64,000 nucleotides of DNA from Pristiophorus japonicus (lineage: Eukaryota): NCBI RefSeq assembly GCF_044704955.1, contig NC_091998.1, positions 11,842,001 to 11,906,000 of the forward strand. Reading direction: 5' to 3'. Below the pieces are notes generated by a model. It did not search any database and was not told the DNA's origin. It saw only the letters and a program-made list of their open reading frames with translations. Made by a program: the position numbers and the translations under genes. Shown piece by piece: positions 35,225-48,729 of this stretch (positions are counted from its first letter, which is position 1; the number at the start of each line of letters is the position of its first letter).

Positions 35225-35980
35225 TGAAGTACCTCTGAAGTGTAGTCAATGTTGTAATGTAAGGAAACAGCAGCTAATTTGCGCACAGCAAGCTCCCACC
35301 AACAAGAATAAAATAATCTGTTTTTGTTATGTTGATTGAAGGATCAACCTCCGACAGTGCAGCACTCCCTCAGCTCTGCACGAGAGTGTCAGCCTGGATT
35401 TTGTTCTCAAGTCCTTGGAGTGGGTCTCAAACCCACAAACTTCTGACTCAGAGGCGAGAGTGCTGCCTACTGAGCCACGGCTGAAACCTTGCTAACCCTT
35501 CTGCCTCGTCTGGGAGTTTAGGCAGTCCAGATCACAGATCCAGATCAGATCACAGATCTCATGGCACTACTTTGGAATTCTCCCAGTGTCCTAGACAATC
35601 TTCCTCTATCAACCAATACAAACAACACAACAGATGAACTGGTCATTCGGAGGGGATGTTAAACCGAGGCCCCGCCTGCTCTCTCAGGTGGACGTAAAAG
35701 ATCCCACGGCACTATTTGGAAGAAGAGCAGGGGAGTTATCCCCGATGTCCTGGTCAGTATTTATTCCTCAACCAACATCATTGAAACAGATTATCTGATC
35801 ATTGTTGTTTGTGGGACTTTGCTGTGCGCAAATTGTCTGCTGCATTTCTTACATTGCTTCAGTGAGTTCACTTAAAAAATGTACAGTACTTCATTGGCTG
35901 TAAAGTGCTTTGGGATGTCCTGAGGTCATGAACGGTGCTATATAAATGCAAGTCTCTCCTTTTCTTTCTTTCTTTTTCCC
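35225..35980. mobile_element. Deu-type SINE copies (minus 35225-35485; plus 35650-35980)
   Basis: Consensus match. Confidence 0.8.
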
Positions 35981-36727
35981 TTTGGGGAGTTGACACTGTC
36001 CTTCAGAGGTTGGGATGGGAGGCTCAGTATTTCTAGGCGATCCCCAGCACAGAAACATTTGTAAACCACCGGCCTCGATCAACTGTTGAAGACCTGGTGT
36101 GGAGGTCAAACCCAAATACCTCGGACCCAGAGGCAAAAAACTGTGTCAAACTCAAGGGTAGGTAAAATGGAGTAACTCCTGTACACTGCTCACGACTTTG
36201 GGAGGGCGCTTGAATATCTATTTTCAGGGTTTAAATCATGCAGAAACCAGAATCATTTTTAGAATTTGGAACGTGATATTGGCCAGGTGTCACACCAGCA
36301 ACGTAAAAGTAAGCATACATCGATTACTCCAGTAATCGTTGGTTAGTTGACTGAATGTGCAATTGTCCGACAACTACAGCTCCTTCAATGCCTCAATCTG
36401 TTCAAGTTTCCACTTGCCTATGTAAGCTTGTGGTAAGGGTTGGAAAATTGCGTGCATATTTTGGCAGGTTGACAGTGGTTCATTTTTTGGGTATGTTTAA
36501 AAAAAAAACTTAATTAAATTGAGCTCCTCACTAACATACCGTTCTCCGTCAATGCAAGGCACCTGCATACAATACCTGAATTAGGACTTGGCAGAAAAAT
36601 TCCACACTGCACATGCTCAATTAAAATAAGGATCACTTTATTTAAAAAAATATAGTTCACTATAATACAATAAAAATCCTGTGGCACACACTTCCTGTAC
36701 ACATTAACCTCACTTCCTGTATTACAC

Positions 36728-37575
36728 ACAGGAATATAGGAACAGGAGGAGACCGTTCAGTCTCTCAAGCCTGTTCCGCTATTCAATTAACTTACAAACA
36801 TAAGAAATAGGAGCTGGAGTAGTCCATTTGGCCCTTTGAGCCTGCTCCACCATTCAACAAGATCATGGCTAATCTTCGATCTCAATTCCATCTTGTTCAT
36901 TGGTTTATATGTATATATGTAACCTCAGGGTTGCTGGCCAAGGGCCGTGTAGCTCTTTGTCGGCTGGCGCGAACAAAATGGGCTGAAATGGCCTCCTTCT
37001 CCGTTGTAAATTTCTATGTTTCTATCTTTCTGCACTATCCCCATAATCCCTTAATTCCCTTCGTTCCCAAAAATGTGTCGACCTGTCTTGAATATACTCA
37101 ATGATTGGGCATCCACAGTCCTCTGGGGTAGAGAATTCCAAAGATTCACCACCCACTAAGTGAAGAAATCTCTCCTCATCTCAGTCCTAAATAGCTGACC
37201 CCTTATTTTGAGACGGTTTGTCCCTGGGGAACATCTTCTCAGCATTAACCCCGTCAAGCCCCTTAGGAATTTTATATGTTTCAATGAGAGTAACTCTCAT
37301 TCTTCTAAGGTCTAGGGAATATAGGCCTAGTCTACGCAATTAGATCATGGCTGTTCTGTATCTTAACTACCTGCCTTGGTTCCATATCCCTCAACACCCT
37401 TTCCCAACAAAAATCTATCTTATCTCAGATTTGACATTTTCAACTGTCCCCCACCGCCCCCCCCCCCCCCCCCGCATCCCCCATCCTCCCCACCCCCCCA
37501 GCTTTTTGGGGGCGGTATTTCCAGATTTCCACTACGCGGTGTATGAATAAGCGCTTCCTGACATCACCCCTGGCT
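36728..37575 (-). mobile_element. Nested CR1 3' fragments
   Basis: Several reverse-complement CR1 3' UTR and ORF2 ends. Confidence 0.75.
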
Positions 37576-37620
37576 AAACTCAATGTTATTGTGTCAACAT
37601 TTTATAATGCAAAAAGCAAT

Positions 37621-37652
37621 TGCAGGCCGGTAGTCACTAGGGGGTGCTGCTG
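37621..37652 (+). promoter_or_regulatory. Candidate CTCF site with upstream module
   Basis: TGCAG-gccggtag-TCACTAGGGGGTGCTG, close to the CCACYAGRGGGCRC core. Confidence 0.5.
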
Positions 37653-39635
37653 CAGTCCATCCAACTCCCTGGACAACTTGTGGCTAGACAACAGGTCCTT
37701 CAGTCAACGGATGAAACATTAAGAGGGATGATCAAAAGCTCATTCAAAGAGGATCTTAAAAGGATGAAAGGGAGGTGGGAAGGCAGAAGGGTTTAGGGAG
37801 GGGATTCCAGAGTGTGGGGCCCAGATGGCCAAAGGCAGGATAGGTTGAAAGGGGGAGGTGTGTACAAGAGGCCGGAGTCAGAGGAACGGAGCATGCAACA
37901 CATTCTGCTCCTCCATGAACCTCACACAACACAAGAACGACTCTCATAGCATGCAGCAAAAATAACTTAAAGTTCACATTGAGTACAGGCCCATGGAGGA
38001 GCCGTGGCTGATCTTTTTGCCCTTCTCCTGCCCAGAGGCACCAAGGTCAACTGAGGTACATCCAGTTCCATTCCCAGCCGAGACCAGCGCTGGCCAGGTC
38101 AAACCTGGAACTTTCCCGATCTTTGTGTTGCATTAAAACATTGCTCAGTCCAAAAAAATAAACCGACTAAATGATTTTAATCAGGCATCGGCATAATGGA
38201 AACAAGCAGGACTGATGAATCGGTAGAGATGCTATTTTGGAATAGAGGACAGATTTTGGGACTAAACCCAACATTCTGCCATGATTTGTCTCATGCCCCC
38301 AAAGCATATTTGAAATGGTGGCAGTTTTCTGTCTAATAATGTTCATGCTGCGAGGAGGAATGACAAATTGAAAGAAATTAAAATTGGGCGGGTTCTATTC
38401 TAGGCGGGTAATCTGCTCTGCCCGAGCAATGGAACTGAAAATGAACCACCCGTGAGCCACATAGAATATCTCTCCTGAGCTTCTAAAGCAGGATACTCCG
38501 ATTTACCCTGAACACCGAAAGAAATGCACAAGTATTATGAGGAAAATTAGCTGCACCAGCTGGTTGGTTGGCTCCGATGGCCTTTTTAGAAAATTTATTG
38601 GCTCCTCCAGTGCACGTCACTTTCCAGCAGCTTCATTGGCCATTGGTAAGCACATGAATTTTTTTTCATTTAAAATTAAAAATAAGCGTCTCAACCTTCC
38701 TAGTTCTGCCAGAAGCCATTACCACAGCCCAAACTGTTAGTCATCTAGCTAGCCCTCAAAGGCATCTATGTTATTCTAACCACTCTCTGGGTAAAGAAGT
38801 TTCTTCTGAATTCACCATTGGATTAATTCGTGAACATCTTATATTTATGGCCCCTCATTTCTGTCCGCCCTCCCCCCACCCCCCAGTGGAAACATCTTCC
38901 CTGCATCTACCCCATCAAAACCCCTCCATAATTTTAAAGACCTCGATCAAGTTACCCCCTCGGCCTTCTCTTTTTCTCATGAAAAGTGCCCAGCCTGTTC
39001 AGTCTTTCGCAATAGTTATAACCTCTGTTTTATTAAACAGTATAGTGTTGAAGGTTTTCTAGTCTGTGGTTCAAAGTCAATCATTAAGTTAAAAAAAAAA
39101 TCAGTCCTTTCAGCATCAGTGATATCTTTTTATGGGTTTTATTTAAGTGATTTAAATATTTTTATTCTTAATTAATTTTTCGTGAGGAAAGATTTTCATG
39201 ATTTTGTTAAATGGCTACTCCTACAGACCCAAAACACCTCCAAATCACAATACAATGACACATGCCATTTAACTTGCGTGTCTCACTTTTAATGATATTT
39301 TAAACACAAACACAGATCACTCCTTATCCTGAGGCACTCCTGCCACTGAGGGGGCTTCACACACAGATTTGATTTAGCTACAAACAAAAATCACGTGACT
39401 CACGAGATGCATTTTCAAAATAGTTTAAACACAAGCAAGGATCACCTGGTCATTCAATTTAAAAGGGACCCGTTGCACTGAGGCAACTTTCCATCAAACT
39501 GGACAGTCCAAGGAACCAGAAATGTTGGACAAAGATACATCCCAACATCATATAAAGAATGACCTGCATACTCTTTCCTCACCGCCAATGTACAAGATTC
39601 ACATTCTTCTCCACACTTGCTCAAATTAGGGGGAA

Positions 39636-40965
39636 TGGGAGCGACAAGGGGGGGGGGGGGAAGAGAAAGGGGAGCGACGGGGGGGGCAAGAAAGGGGAGC
39701 GACGGGGGGGGGGGAGAGAAAGGGGAGCGACGGGGGGGGGAGAAGAGAAAGGGGAGCGACAGGGGGGGGATAGAAAGGGGAGCGACAGGGGGGGGATAGA
39801 AAGGGGAGCGACAGGGGGGGGATAGAAAGGGGAGCGACAGGGGGGGGATAGAAAGGGGAGCGACAGGGGGGGGATAGAAAGGGGAGCGACAGGGGGGGGA
39901 GAGAAAGGGGAGCGACGGGGGGGGAGAGAAAGGGGAGCGACAGGGGGGGGAGAGAAAGGGGAGCGACGGGGGGGGAGAGAAAGGGGAGCGACAGGGGGGG
40001 GATAGAAAGGGGAGCGACAGGGGGGGGATAGAAAGGGGAGCGACAGGGGGGGGAGAGAAAGGGGAGCGATGGGGGGAGAGAGAAAGGGGAGCGACGGGGG
40101 GGGGGAGAGAGAAAGGGGAGCGATGGGGGGAGAGAGAAAGGGGAGCGACGGGGGGGAGAGAAAGGGGAGCGACGGGGGGGAGAAGAGAAAGTGGAGCGAC
40201 GGGGGGGGGGGAAGAGAGAAAGTGGAGCGACGGGGGGGGGAGAGAGAAAGGGGAGCGACGGGGGGGGGGGGAGAAAGGGGAGCGACGGGGGGGGGGAGAA
40301 AGGGGAGCGACGGGGGGGGAGAGAGAGAAAGGGGAGCGACGGGGGGGGAAGAGAGAAAGGGGAGCGATGGGGGGAGAGAGAAAGGGGAGCGATGGGGGGG
40401 GGGGGAGAAAGGGGAGCGACGAGGGGGGGGGGGGAAGAGAGAAAGTGGAGCGACGGGGGGGGGAGAAGAGAAAGGGGAGCGATGGGGGGGAGAGAGAAAG
40501 GGGAGCGATGGGGGGGGAGAGAGAAAGGGGAGCGATGGGGGGAGAGAGAAAGGGGAGCGATGGGGGGAGAGAGAAAGGGGAGCGATGGGGGGGGGGGAGA
40601 GAGAAAGGGGAGCGATGGGGGGAGAGAGAAAGGGGAGCGACCAGGGGGGAGAGAAAGGGGAGCGACAGGGGGGGGAGAGAAAGGGGAGCGACGGGGGGGG
40701 AGAGAAAGGGGAGCGACGGGGGGGGGGGAAGAGAAAGGGGAGTGACTGGGGGGGGATAGAAAGGGGAGCGACAGGGGGGGGATAGAAAGGGGAGCGACAG
40801 GGGGGGGGGGAGAGAAAGGGGAGCGACAGGGGGGGGGGGAGAGAAAGGGGAGCGACAGGGGGGGGAGAGAGAAAGGGGAGCGACAGGGGGGGGAGAGAGA
40901 AAGGGGAGCGACAGGGGGGGAGAGAAAGGGGAGCGACGGGGTGGGGGGGGGGGAAAGAGAGAAAA
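39636..40965 (+). repeat. G-rich minisatellite, unit about 21-26 bp: G(6-13)-(AG/AT)n-AAAGGGGAGCGA(C/T)
   Basis: About 1.3 kb of tandem units, extreme purine strand bias. Confidence 0.98.
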
Positions 40966-41341
40966 ATGAATATCTCGGGACAAACAGACACATATAGGCA
41001 GACAGAAATAAAATGCATCATCAGAGTCAGTGGGAGACACACACAGCAGAGAGAATACAATTGGAAGCAACTACTTATGTACAGACAGCGGAGAAATATC
41101 TATATACACACAAGAAAAAGCATTCAAGAGTCATCCGAAGTAAAGCAAGAGAGAGTCACACACACAGATAGTGTTAGAGAGCAACTATGACATGCACAGA
41201 GAGACAAAAAGAGTCGAGTACAAATGGACAGATCAGGAGACAGAAAAATTAGATAATGGAGGCAAACAGACAAATACAGGAACAAAGAGACACAAATATA
41301 TCTTATACATATTTCACTCATACCCCCCCGGAGAGCATCAT

Positions 41342-41599
41342 TAGGTTGCCAACTCTGGATGGACGTATTCCTGGAGGTTTCATCACATGACCTCCCACCA
41401 TCCCGCCCAGTCAAACATTCGTTTTTTCCTTCCAATAGTTATTTTATAACTAATAACCAAAAGTGTTTAAAGAGAATGGTAAACACACAAGTCTTTTTTA
41501 AATGTCCCTCTGATTTTTCTCCTGAGTTTTCTAGTGACCAGGCGATTAATCTTTAATTCCTGGAGACTCCAGGACAATCCTGGAGGATTGGCAACCCCA
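41342..41599. mobile_element. MITE with (G)GGTTGCCAA terminal inverted repeats (hAT-like)
   Basis: taggttgccaac...tcctggag on the left and ctccagga...ttggcaacccc on the right. Degenerate flanks gagcatca/gaatatct. Confidence 0.6.
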
Positions 41600-41954
41600 G
41601 AATATCTCATATACGAGGTCGCCTAATTATTGGCTCAGAGAGTCTATCCAGTTAATAGCCGACCAGGAAGGCCCTACGAGAATAAGCACCCCATATTTCT
41701 GCACACAGCAAGTTTCAGGAGAGTTGTGGAAAGAAGAAAAAATGAAACAGCTAGCAGTCATTTGAGAATGCACATTACAAGTTGTACGGCATTCATCATC
41801 ACTCAGAGTCCTTTCTGAGCAGCTTATTTTTATCTAACAACAATACTATCATCATCAAGAACTGGCAGGACTCCCAGTAACATCACCGGAACCAATAGTT
41901 TGCATTTAAAATTAATATTTACATTCAATTACTTAATCAAAAACTGCCATAAAA

Positions 41955-42402
41955 GAAAAAAGACTTGCATTTATATAGCGCCTTTCACGACCACCGGACG
42001 TCACAAAGCACTTTTCAGCCAATTAAGTACTTTTTGAAGTGTAATCGCTGTTGTCATGTGGGAAATGCGGCAGCCAATTTGCACACAGCAAGCTTCTACA
42101 AACAGCAATGTGATAATGACCAGATAATCTGCTTTTGTTATGTTGATTGAGGGATAAATATTGGCCAGGACACCGGGGATAACTCCCCTGCTCTTCTTCA
42201 AAATAGTTCCGCGGGATCTTTTACGTCCACCTGAGAGGGCAGACGGGGCCTCGGTTTAACGTCTCAACCGAAAGAAGGCACCTCCGACAGTGCAGCGCTC
42301 CCTCAGTACTGCATTGGAGTGTCGGCCTAGAATTTTGTGCTCAAGAGTCTGGAGTAGGACTTGAACTCACAACCTTCTGACTCAGAGGCAAGCGTGTCAC
42401 CT
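41955..42402 (-). mobile_element. Deu-type tRNA SINE
   Basis: Reverse complement of the consensus. Confidence 0.88.
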
Positions 42403-43869
42403 TGGAGGAGCAATGACAAAACTTACAATTAATGAGTAATGCTGACCATAATTTAGTCACAATTATGATGGGACATGAGTTACTATCAGTCCACTCTCAT
42501 TACATAGCCTATACTTCCTCCTTGGATATATAATCAGGCATTAACAAATTAGCAATCTGCCCCTCTCCTACATACATCGACTATATGCCATGTGGCATAC
42601 ACCAGGAACCTTTTGGTACCTTGCACAAGCAGCTGTACCATTAGACAGTGAGTGTTGGCAGGCTGTTCAACCATGGAAGGCGTCACAGCTGAGGCAGATA
42701 CCGTCCTCATTCCAATATTCATACACTCCCAGTTCTGAGAGATAGATTTTTGGGCTCTTAGGGAATCAAGGGATATGGGGATCGGGCAAGAATGTGGAGT
42801 TGTAGTCGAAGATCCGTGATTTTCTTATTGAATGGTGGAGCAGGCTAGAAGGGCCGAATGGCTTACTCCTGCTCCTATTTTCTTATGGTAACTGGATAGC
42901 AATCACAAAGCAGGAAATCTGACTGATTTTCCCATTCCAAAAGAATGTGGAGGCCAAGGAATAGTAACGTCCCTGTTGTCACTTTGGCCGAGATCAGGGA
43001 ATTCCACAGAGACTGGGAACTGAACTGGGAATGTGTACAGTCCAGCTACTCCCAACTTTGCCAACTGAAGATGGAGGGGGGTGTGGTGGGGAGAGGCCAT
43101 AGCAGCAATATTCAACCCCCGGGGCCTAGTATGAAAGAGGCCCTCGTAACTTAGCAAGGACCACGGCAGTTTGAATAGCTACTGTGTTTCTTTAACAAAT
43201 CAGGACAACAGCCGAGCTGTTCTAGTTCACATACTTTTTTCCCCCAACCTATTAAGAAAACAAAAATTATAGTCAAAATGGAAAATCTGACCCCATGGAG
43301 CAGACACACTCACAGTTTGTGCTGTGAATCATGAGATTGGGAGAAGGCAATAACCCGCCTTCGCTGCTCACATGGTCTAATATCTATAATTTGTGGGGAG
43401 TCAGAGTAAATTGTAATGACCGGTTCCTCACGAGGGATTGAAGTCTCACACTTGCTGCTACACAGCTTCACACCAGCACTCTGCGAATATAACAGCTTCT
43501 AAAAAAGGGACCTTTAATGGCAGAGCTCATGTTGGAGTTCAGCTGTGCATTTTAAGAGGGACCCAACCGAGTACTAACGGTTGTCGTAACTCGTTCTAAA
43601 AACATGCTGACATGACTGCCAGGCACCTGGTTCTTCGGTCATTAAAGTAATGATTGTAGTTTGGCTTTGAACTAGTTTACACCTGTTCTGAACGGAGCCA
43701 AGAGCGAGCTTTACTAGTTCCAACCAGTCTTTCGAACAGAAAGCGAGAAACAATCTAATCCCTAACCCAGACCCAAGAGTTATGGAAACTGTTTTTAAAA
43801 AATTACAAACTTAGCCCACCTGCCCGTAAAAAAAATGCAATATCCTACATGAGATGGAGTTTTTTAAAA

Positions 43870-44250
43870 AATCATTTGTTCGTAGGATGTGGGCATCAGT
43901 GGCAAGCATTTTTTGCCCATCACCAATTGCCCTCAAGAAGGTGGTGGCGAGCTCCCTTGTACAACTGAGTGTCTCACTGGGCCATTTCAGAGGGCAATTA
44001 AGAGTCAACCACATTGCTGTGGGTCTGGAGTCACATATAGGCCCAGACCAGGGTAAGGACGGCAGATTTCCGGCAGTGAACCAGATGGGGTTTTACGAAA
44101 ATCCAGCAGTTTAATTACTGATACTAGCTTTTTATTCCAGATTTATTATAATTGAACTTAAATTCCCCAGCTGCCATGGTGGGATTTGAACTCATGTCTT
44201 TGGATCATTAATTTAGGCCTCTGGATTTACTAGTCCAGTAACATATGCTC
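43870..44250 (-). mobile_element. Second tRNA-headed SINE family copy
   Basis: Homologous to 23530-23990. Confidence 0.7.
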
Positions 44251-44833
44251 CGGTCCCAGAGTATAATTGATAATTCAAGCCAGCATTTAATGAAATCCCA
44301 GAAGGAAAGTCGAAGCAAGTCCAATCCTTAATAACCTGGAGGTGCAATGTGTGTTGAAGCAGGCTGACCGAGCTCTCCCCATCCGGCTCTTCCCTCAAAT
44401 ATTTCAAGAACTAATGAATGCAATTGTCTAAAACGTGCTTGCGACCTTCCCCCTCCCGCCCGGCAGGTTTAATGCACCACACCACCTTTATATTTTGTAA
44501 GATAGGGTCAGACGAGGACCACATGAAATGTTCAGAGACTTCTGCGTGAAGCTACACTCACTTGCAATGGATTACTCATGCACACTGCACTGTTCTCAAC
44601 TGAAGTGATTCTGTGCTGGAGGGGTGGGTTGAACTGTCTCTCGGTTGTCCAGGCGCAACCAGAATTCAGTTCAAGGCACCCACTCCTCAAACCAGAGCAA
44701 AGGGCAGCAACGCCAGATATTTAAAGAATACCCTTCATAGGATTAATGGGTCAAAGACCAACAACAAGGAGGCTGAACAGAACTGGTAAGTTGCCCACCC
44801 CTTCCTCCTGTGAGTTTCGTGTATGTTTCACTC

Positions 44834-45178
44834 GCGGGGATACAGTGTAACCAGAAGCGATACACTAACTAGTGGCGATACAGTGCAACCAGCAGGGATA
44901 CAGTGCAATCAGAGGCAATACAGTGCAACCAGCGGCGATACACTGTAACCAACAGGGATACACTGTAACCAGCGGCGATACAGTGTAGCCAGAGGCGATA
45001 CACAGTAACCAGCGGGGGATACAGCGCAGCCAGAGGCGACACACTGTAACCAGCGGGGGATACAGTGCAGCCAGAGGCGACACACTGTAACCAGCGTGGA
45101 TACAGTGTAACCAGAGGCGATACACTGTGACCAGCGGGGGATACAGTGCAACCAGAGGCGATACAGTGTAGCCAGCGG
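44834..45178 (+). repeat. Minisatellite, unit about 20 bp GATACA(G/C)TG(T/C)AACCAG(C/A)GGC
   Basis: About 17 tandem imperfect units. Confidence 0.95.
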
Positions 45179-45398
45179 CCCAGGCTATTGCTGAGGAGCA
45201 GAGACCTAATCCCAGCGCTCAGGAAACACGATCTATTTCAGACACTTCCACAAGGGGTTGGCGGACCGTGCGTGCCCTTCCTTGCGGGAAGGCAGATATA
45301 ATTCCGAGCTGAGATCTGCAATTAACTCACGGTGCAGGAGAGACACGCCGTTGCTTAAAAAACGACCAGACTTTGATCCGAGGAACGCATTCACCTAC

Positions 45399-45720
45399 CT
45401 GCCAACTGCTCCTGCAAAAGGTCTCCACCGATTAAAAATAAACCTGAGCAAACCTCCTTCTTCCTTTGGCTGAATCCGCCCTGTTGTTGCTCTGCTCTTG
45501 CTCAATGTGTCCCGCCCACACACCAACGTCAAAGCAAACACACAAGATTAGAAAATGGAATTGGGTCGTTCGTAGTTGCTCAAATACATCCTTTTTTTTA
45601 AAAAAAACATTCGTTTCATTGAAAAAGGAAGCTCCGGGATCTTGTTGCGAAAGGTCGAATTATCTCAGGGAAATTGTATAATTATTGGGGGGAGGAAAAA
45701 AAATAGCAATCCAATTGGCA
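45399..45720 (-). promoter_or_regulatory. Candidate non-coding first exon and promoter of the annexin gene
   Basis: Strong donor CAG|gtaggt at 45399, GC boxes at 45475 and 45510, CCAATTGG at 45711, repeat-free CpG-containing island. The ATG exon has an acceptor, so an upstream exon must exist. Confidence 0.45.
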
Positions 45721-45924
45721 GCATTGCTCATTTTGCCTTGAGGGCGTTTCCATGCTTTTCTTAAAATTAAAAAATTTAAGGGACACACATAAATACAAAA
45801 GATAATGTATTATACATGATACAACTTAGCCCTTTTGCTTTGTACTAGCATACCGTTTGCCATTTAATCAGCTGCCTTACACACTATCAGACCTTCCTTC
45901 TACTTTCCTCTCCTGCACTTGCAT

Positions 45925-48722
45925 AAGAATATAGAAAGTTAAGAGGCAAAATTAAAAAGGATATTAGGAATGCTAAGAGAGAGCACGAGAAATTCTTGGC
46001 CAGTAAGATTAAGGAAAACCCTATTCTATAAATATATTAAGAGTAAGAGGGTAACCAAAGAAAGGGTTGGGCCTATTAGAGGCCATGAGGGTAATCTTTG
46101 TGCGGAGGCGGAAGATGTTGGTAGGGTTCTTAACGAATACTTTGCATCTGTTTTCACAAAGGAAAGGGGTAATGCAAGGCCAGCTGCGCAGCAGCCCAGC
46201 GAGGGCCCAACAAATGACTCACCAAAATCAGCATTTGAGCATTTGCACCGAGACGATCAACCAGGGAAAGGAAGGCCCAGATCTACTCATCTTGTAAATA
46301 GTTACATGATTTACTTTTTGGGGGGGGGGGAGGGGGGAGTGTTGTTATATATGTAAACCTGTAAATACCTTGTTTAACCACCAGAGGGCTCATCCTCTGG
46401 AGTCCCAAGGGATCCCACAATCCTTTGGGAGAACTATACATAACAAGGCCTCACAGGTTGGAGAGGCACTCTGGAGACCTGAATAAAAGACTATGGTCAC
46501 ATGTTACTTTGAGCTCACAGTATCTGGTCAGATTCTTTATGCAAGACACAACACAGAGGGTGGTGAATCTCTGGAATTATCTACCCCAGATGGCTGTGGA
46601 GGCTCAGTCATTGAGTATATTCAAAACAGAGATCGATAGATTTTTGGATATTAAGGGAATCAAGGGATATGGGGTTATTGCAGGAAAGTGGAGTTGAGAT
46701 CGAAGATCAGCCATGATCTCATTGAATGGCAGAGCAGGCTCAAGGGGCCGAATGGCCTACCCCTGCTCCTAATTCTTATGTTCTCATTCTTATACTGCTA
46801 TCAAGAAGGAGTGTGATATTCTGGATGAAATAAATATAGTGAGAGAGGAAGTATTAAGGGGTTAAGCAGCTATGAAAGTAGATTAGTCCCCAGGCACGAA
46901 TGAAATGAATCCCAGGCTGTTGAGCGAAGTAAAAGAGGAAATAGCAGAGGCCTTGACCATCATTTTCCAGTCCTCTTTGGATCTGGGCATGGTGCTGGAG
47001 GATTGGAGGACTGCTAATGTTGTACCCTTGTTTAAGAAGGAAGAAAGGGATAGACCGAGTAATTACAGGCCTGTCAGCCTAACCTCAGTGGTGGGAAAAT
47101 TATTGGAAAAAATCCTGAAAGACACGATAAATCTGCATTTGGAAAGGCAAGGATTAATTAGGGACAGTCAGCACAGCTTTGTTAAGGGAAGATCGTGTTT
47201 GACTAACCTGATTGAATTTTTTGAGAAGGTAACCAAGAGGGACAATGAGGGTAGTGCATATGATGTAGTATATATGGACTTTAGCAAGGCTTTTGATAAG
47301 GGTTCCACATGGTAGACTGGTCATGTAGATTAAAGCTCTTGGGATACAGGGCAAAGTGGCAAGTTGGATCCAAAATTGGCTTGGAGGTAGGAAGCAAAGG
47401 GTTATGATTGATGGATGTTTTTGTGATTGGAAGGATGTTTCCAGTGGGGTTCCACGGGGCTCAGTACTGGGTCCTTTGCTTTTTGTGGTATATATCAATG
47501 ATTTAGATTTGAATATAGGAAGTATGATTAAGAAGTTTGCAGACAACAATAAAATTGACTGTGTGGTTGATAATGAAGAGGAAAGTCATGGGCTGCAGGA
47601 GGATATCAATCTACTGGTCAGGTGGGCAGAGCAGTGGCAAATGGAATTTAATTCAGAGAAGTGTGAGGTGATGCACTTTGGGAGGGCTAATAAGGAAAGG
47701 GTATACACATTAAGCAGTAGGCCACTTAATAGTGTAGATGAACAAAGGGACCTTGGAGTGCTTCACCACAGATCCCTGAAAGTAGCAGGCCAGGTGGATA
47801 AGGTAGTTAAGAAGGCATACAGAATGCTTGCCTTTATTGGCCAAGGCATAACATATAAGAGCAGGGAGATTATGCTTAATTTGTATAATACTTTGGTTAA
47901 GCCACAGCTGGAGTACTGCGTGCAGTTCTGGCCGCCGTATTATAGGAAGGATGTGATTGCACTAGAGAGGGTGCAGAGGAGATTTACTAGGATGTTGCCT
48001 GGAATGGAGAGTCTTAGTTATGAGGACAGATTGGATTGGTTGGGTTTGCTCTCATTGGAACAGAGGAGGTTGAGAGGAGACCTCATTGAAGTGTACAAAA
48101 TATTGAGGGACCTGGACATAGTGGATAGTAAGGGTCTATTTCCATTGGTGGAGGGGTCTATTACGAGGGGGCATAGTTTTAAGGTGGTTGGTGGAAGGTT
48201 TAGAGGGGATTTGAGTGGGGGGACTTCTTTACGCAGAGGGTTGTGGGGATCTGGAGCTCGTTGCCTGGAAGAATGGTGGATGCAGAAACCCTCATCACTT
48301 TTAAGAGATAGTTGGATGGGCACTTAAAGTGCAGTAACCTTGTTGGATGGCGCAGATATAATGGTAAGTACTGTAGGGAATAGAATACAGCCAGGGTGAT
48401 CTCCTGGACTAGTTTTGATTTCCTGGATGGGTCGGAGAGGAATTTTCCCAGATTTTTTCTCCCTATATTGGCCTGGGTTTTTATCTGTTTTTTACCTCTC
48501 ACATGGCTCCGGTTGGGGTGGAGTGTAGAATGTTTCAGTATAAGGGGTGTCGAAGTTGTGTGAGGTGGACTGGTTGGGCTGGGTGCTCTTTGCCTTTCCG
48601 TCATTGGTCATAGGTTTATATGTAACCTTTAGGGCTGCTCACTAAGTGCCTTGCAGCTCTTTGTCGGCCGGTGCAGACAGGATGGGCCGAAATAGCCTAC
48701 TTCTGTGCTGTAAATCTCTATG
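45925..48722 (+). mobile_element. 5'-truncated CR1 LINE (different family), decayed RT; interrupted at 46176-46783
   Basis: ORFs 45970.., 46905..47315 and 47356..48327: NYRPVSL, MDFSKAFDK, GVPRGSVLGP, FADN. Distinct long 3' UTR. Confidence 0.9.
46176..46553 (+). mobile_element. Gypsy 3' remnant: end of pol, PPT and 3' LTR (about 46343-46553)
   Basis: RRSTRERK-like pol terminus, G-rich PPT at 46320-46339, TGTTAT...ACAACA LTR with AATAAA. Confidence 0.75.
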
Positions 48723-48729
48723 TTGCTAT

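Noticed and set aside
39454-41070. Long Pro-rich and Gly-rich ORFs (538, 479, 455, 238 aa)
   Set aside because: Products of a stop-free satellite that is open in nearly all frames.
44834-45178. RAG recombination signal heptamer-like (CACAGTG) array
   Set aside because: Mostly TACAGTG, with no nonamers at 12/23 spacing and no V/J segments.
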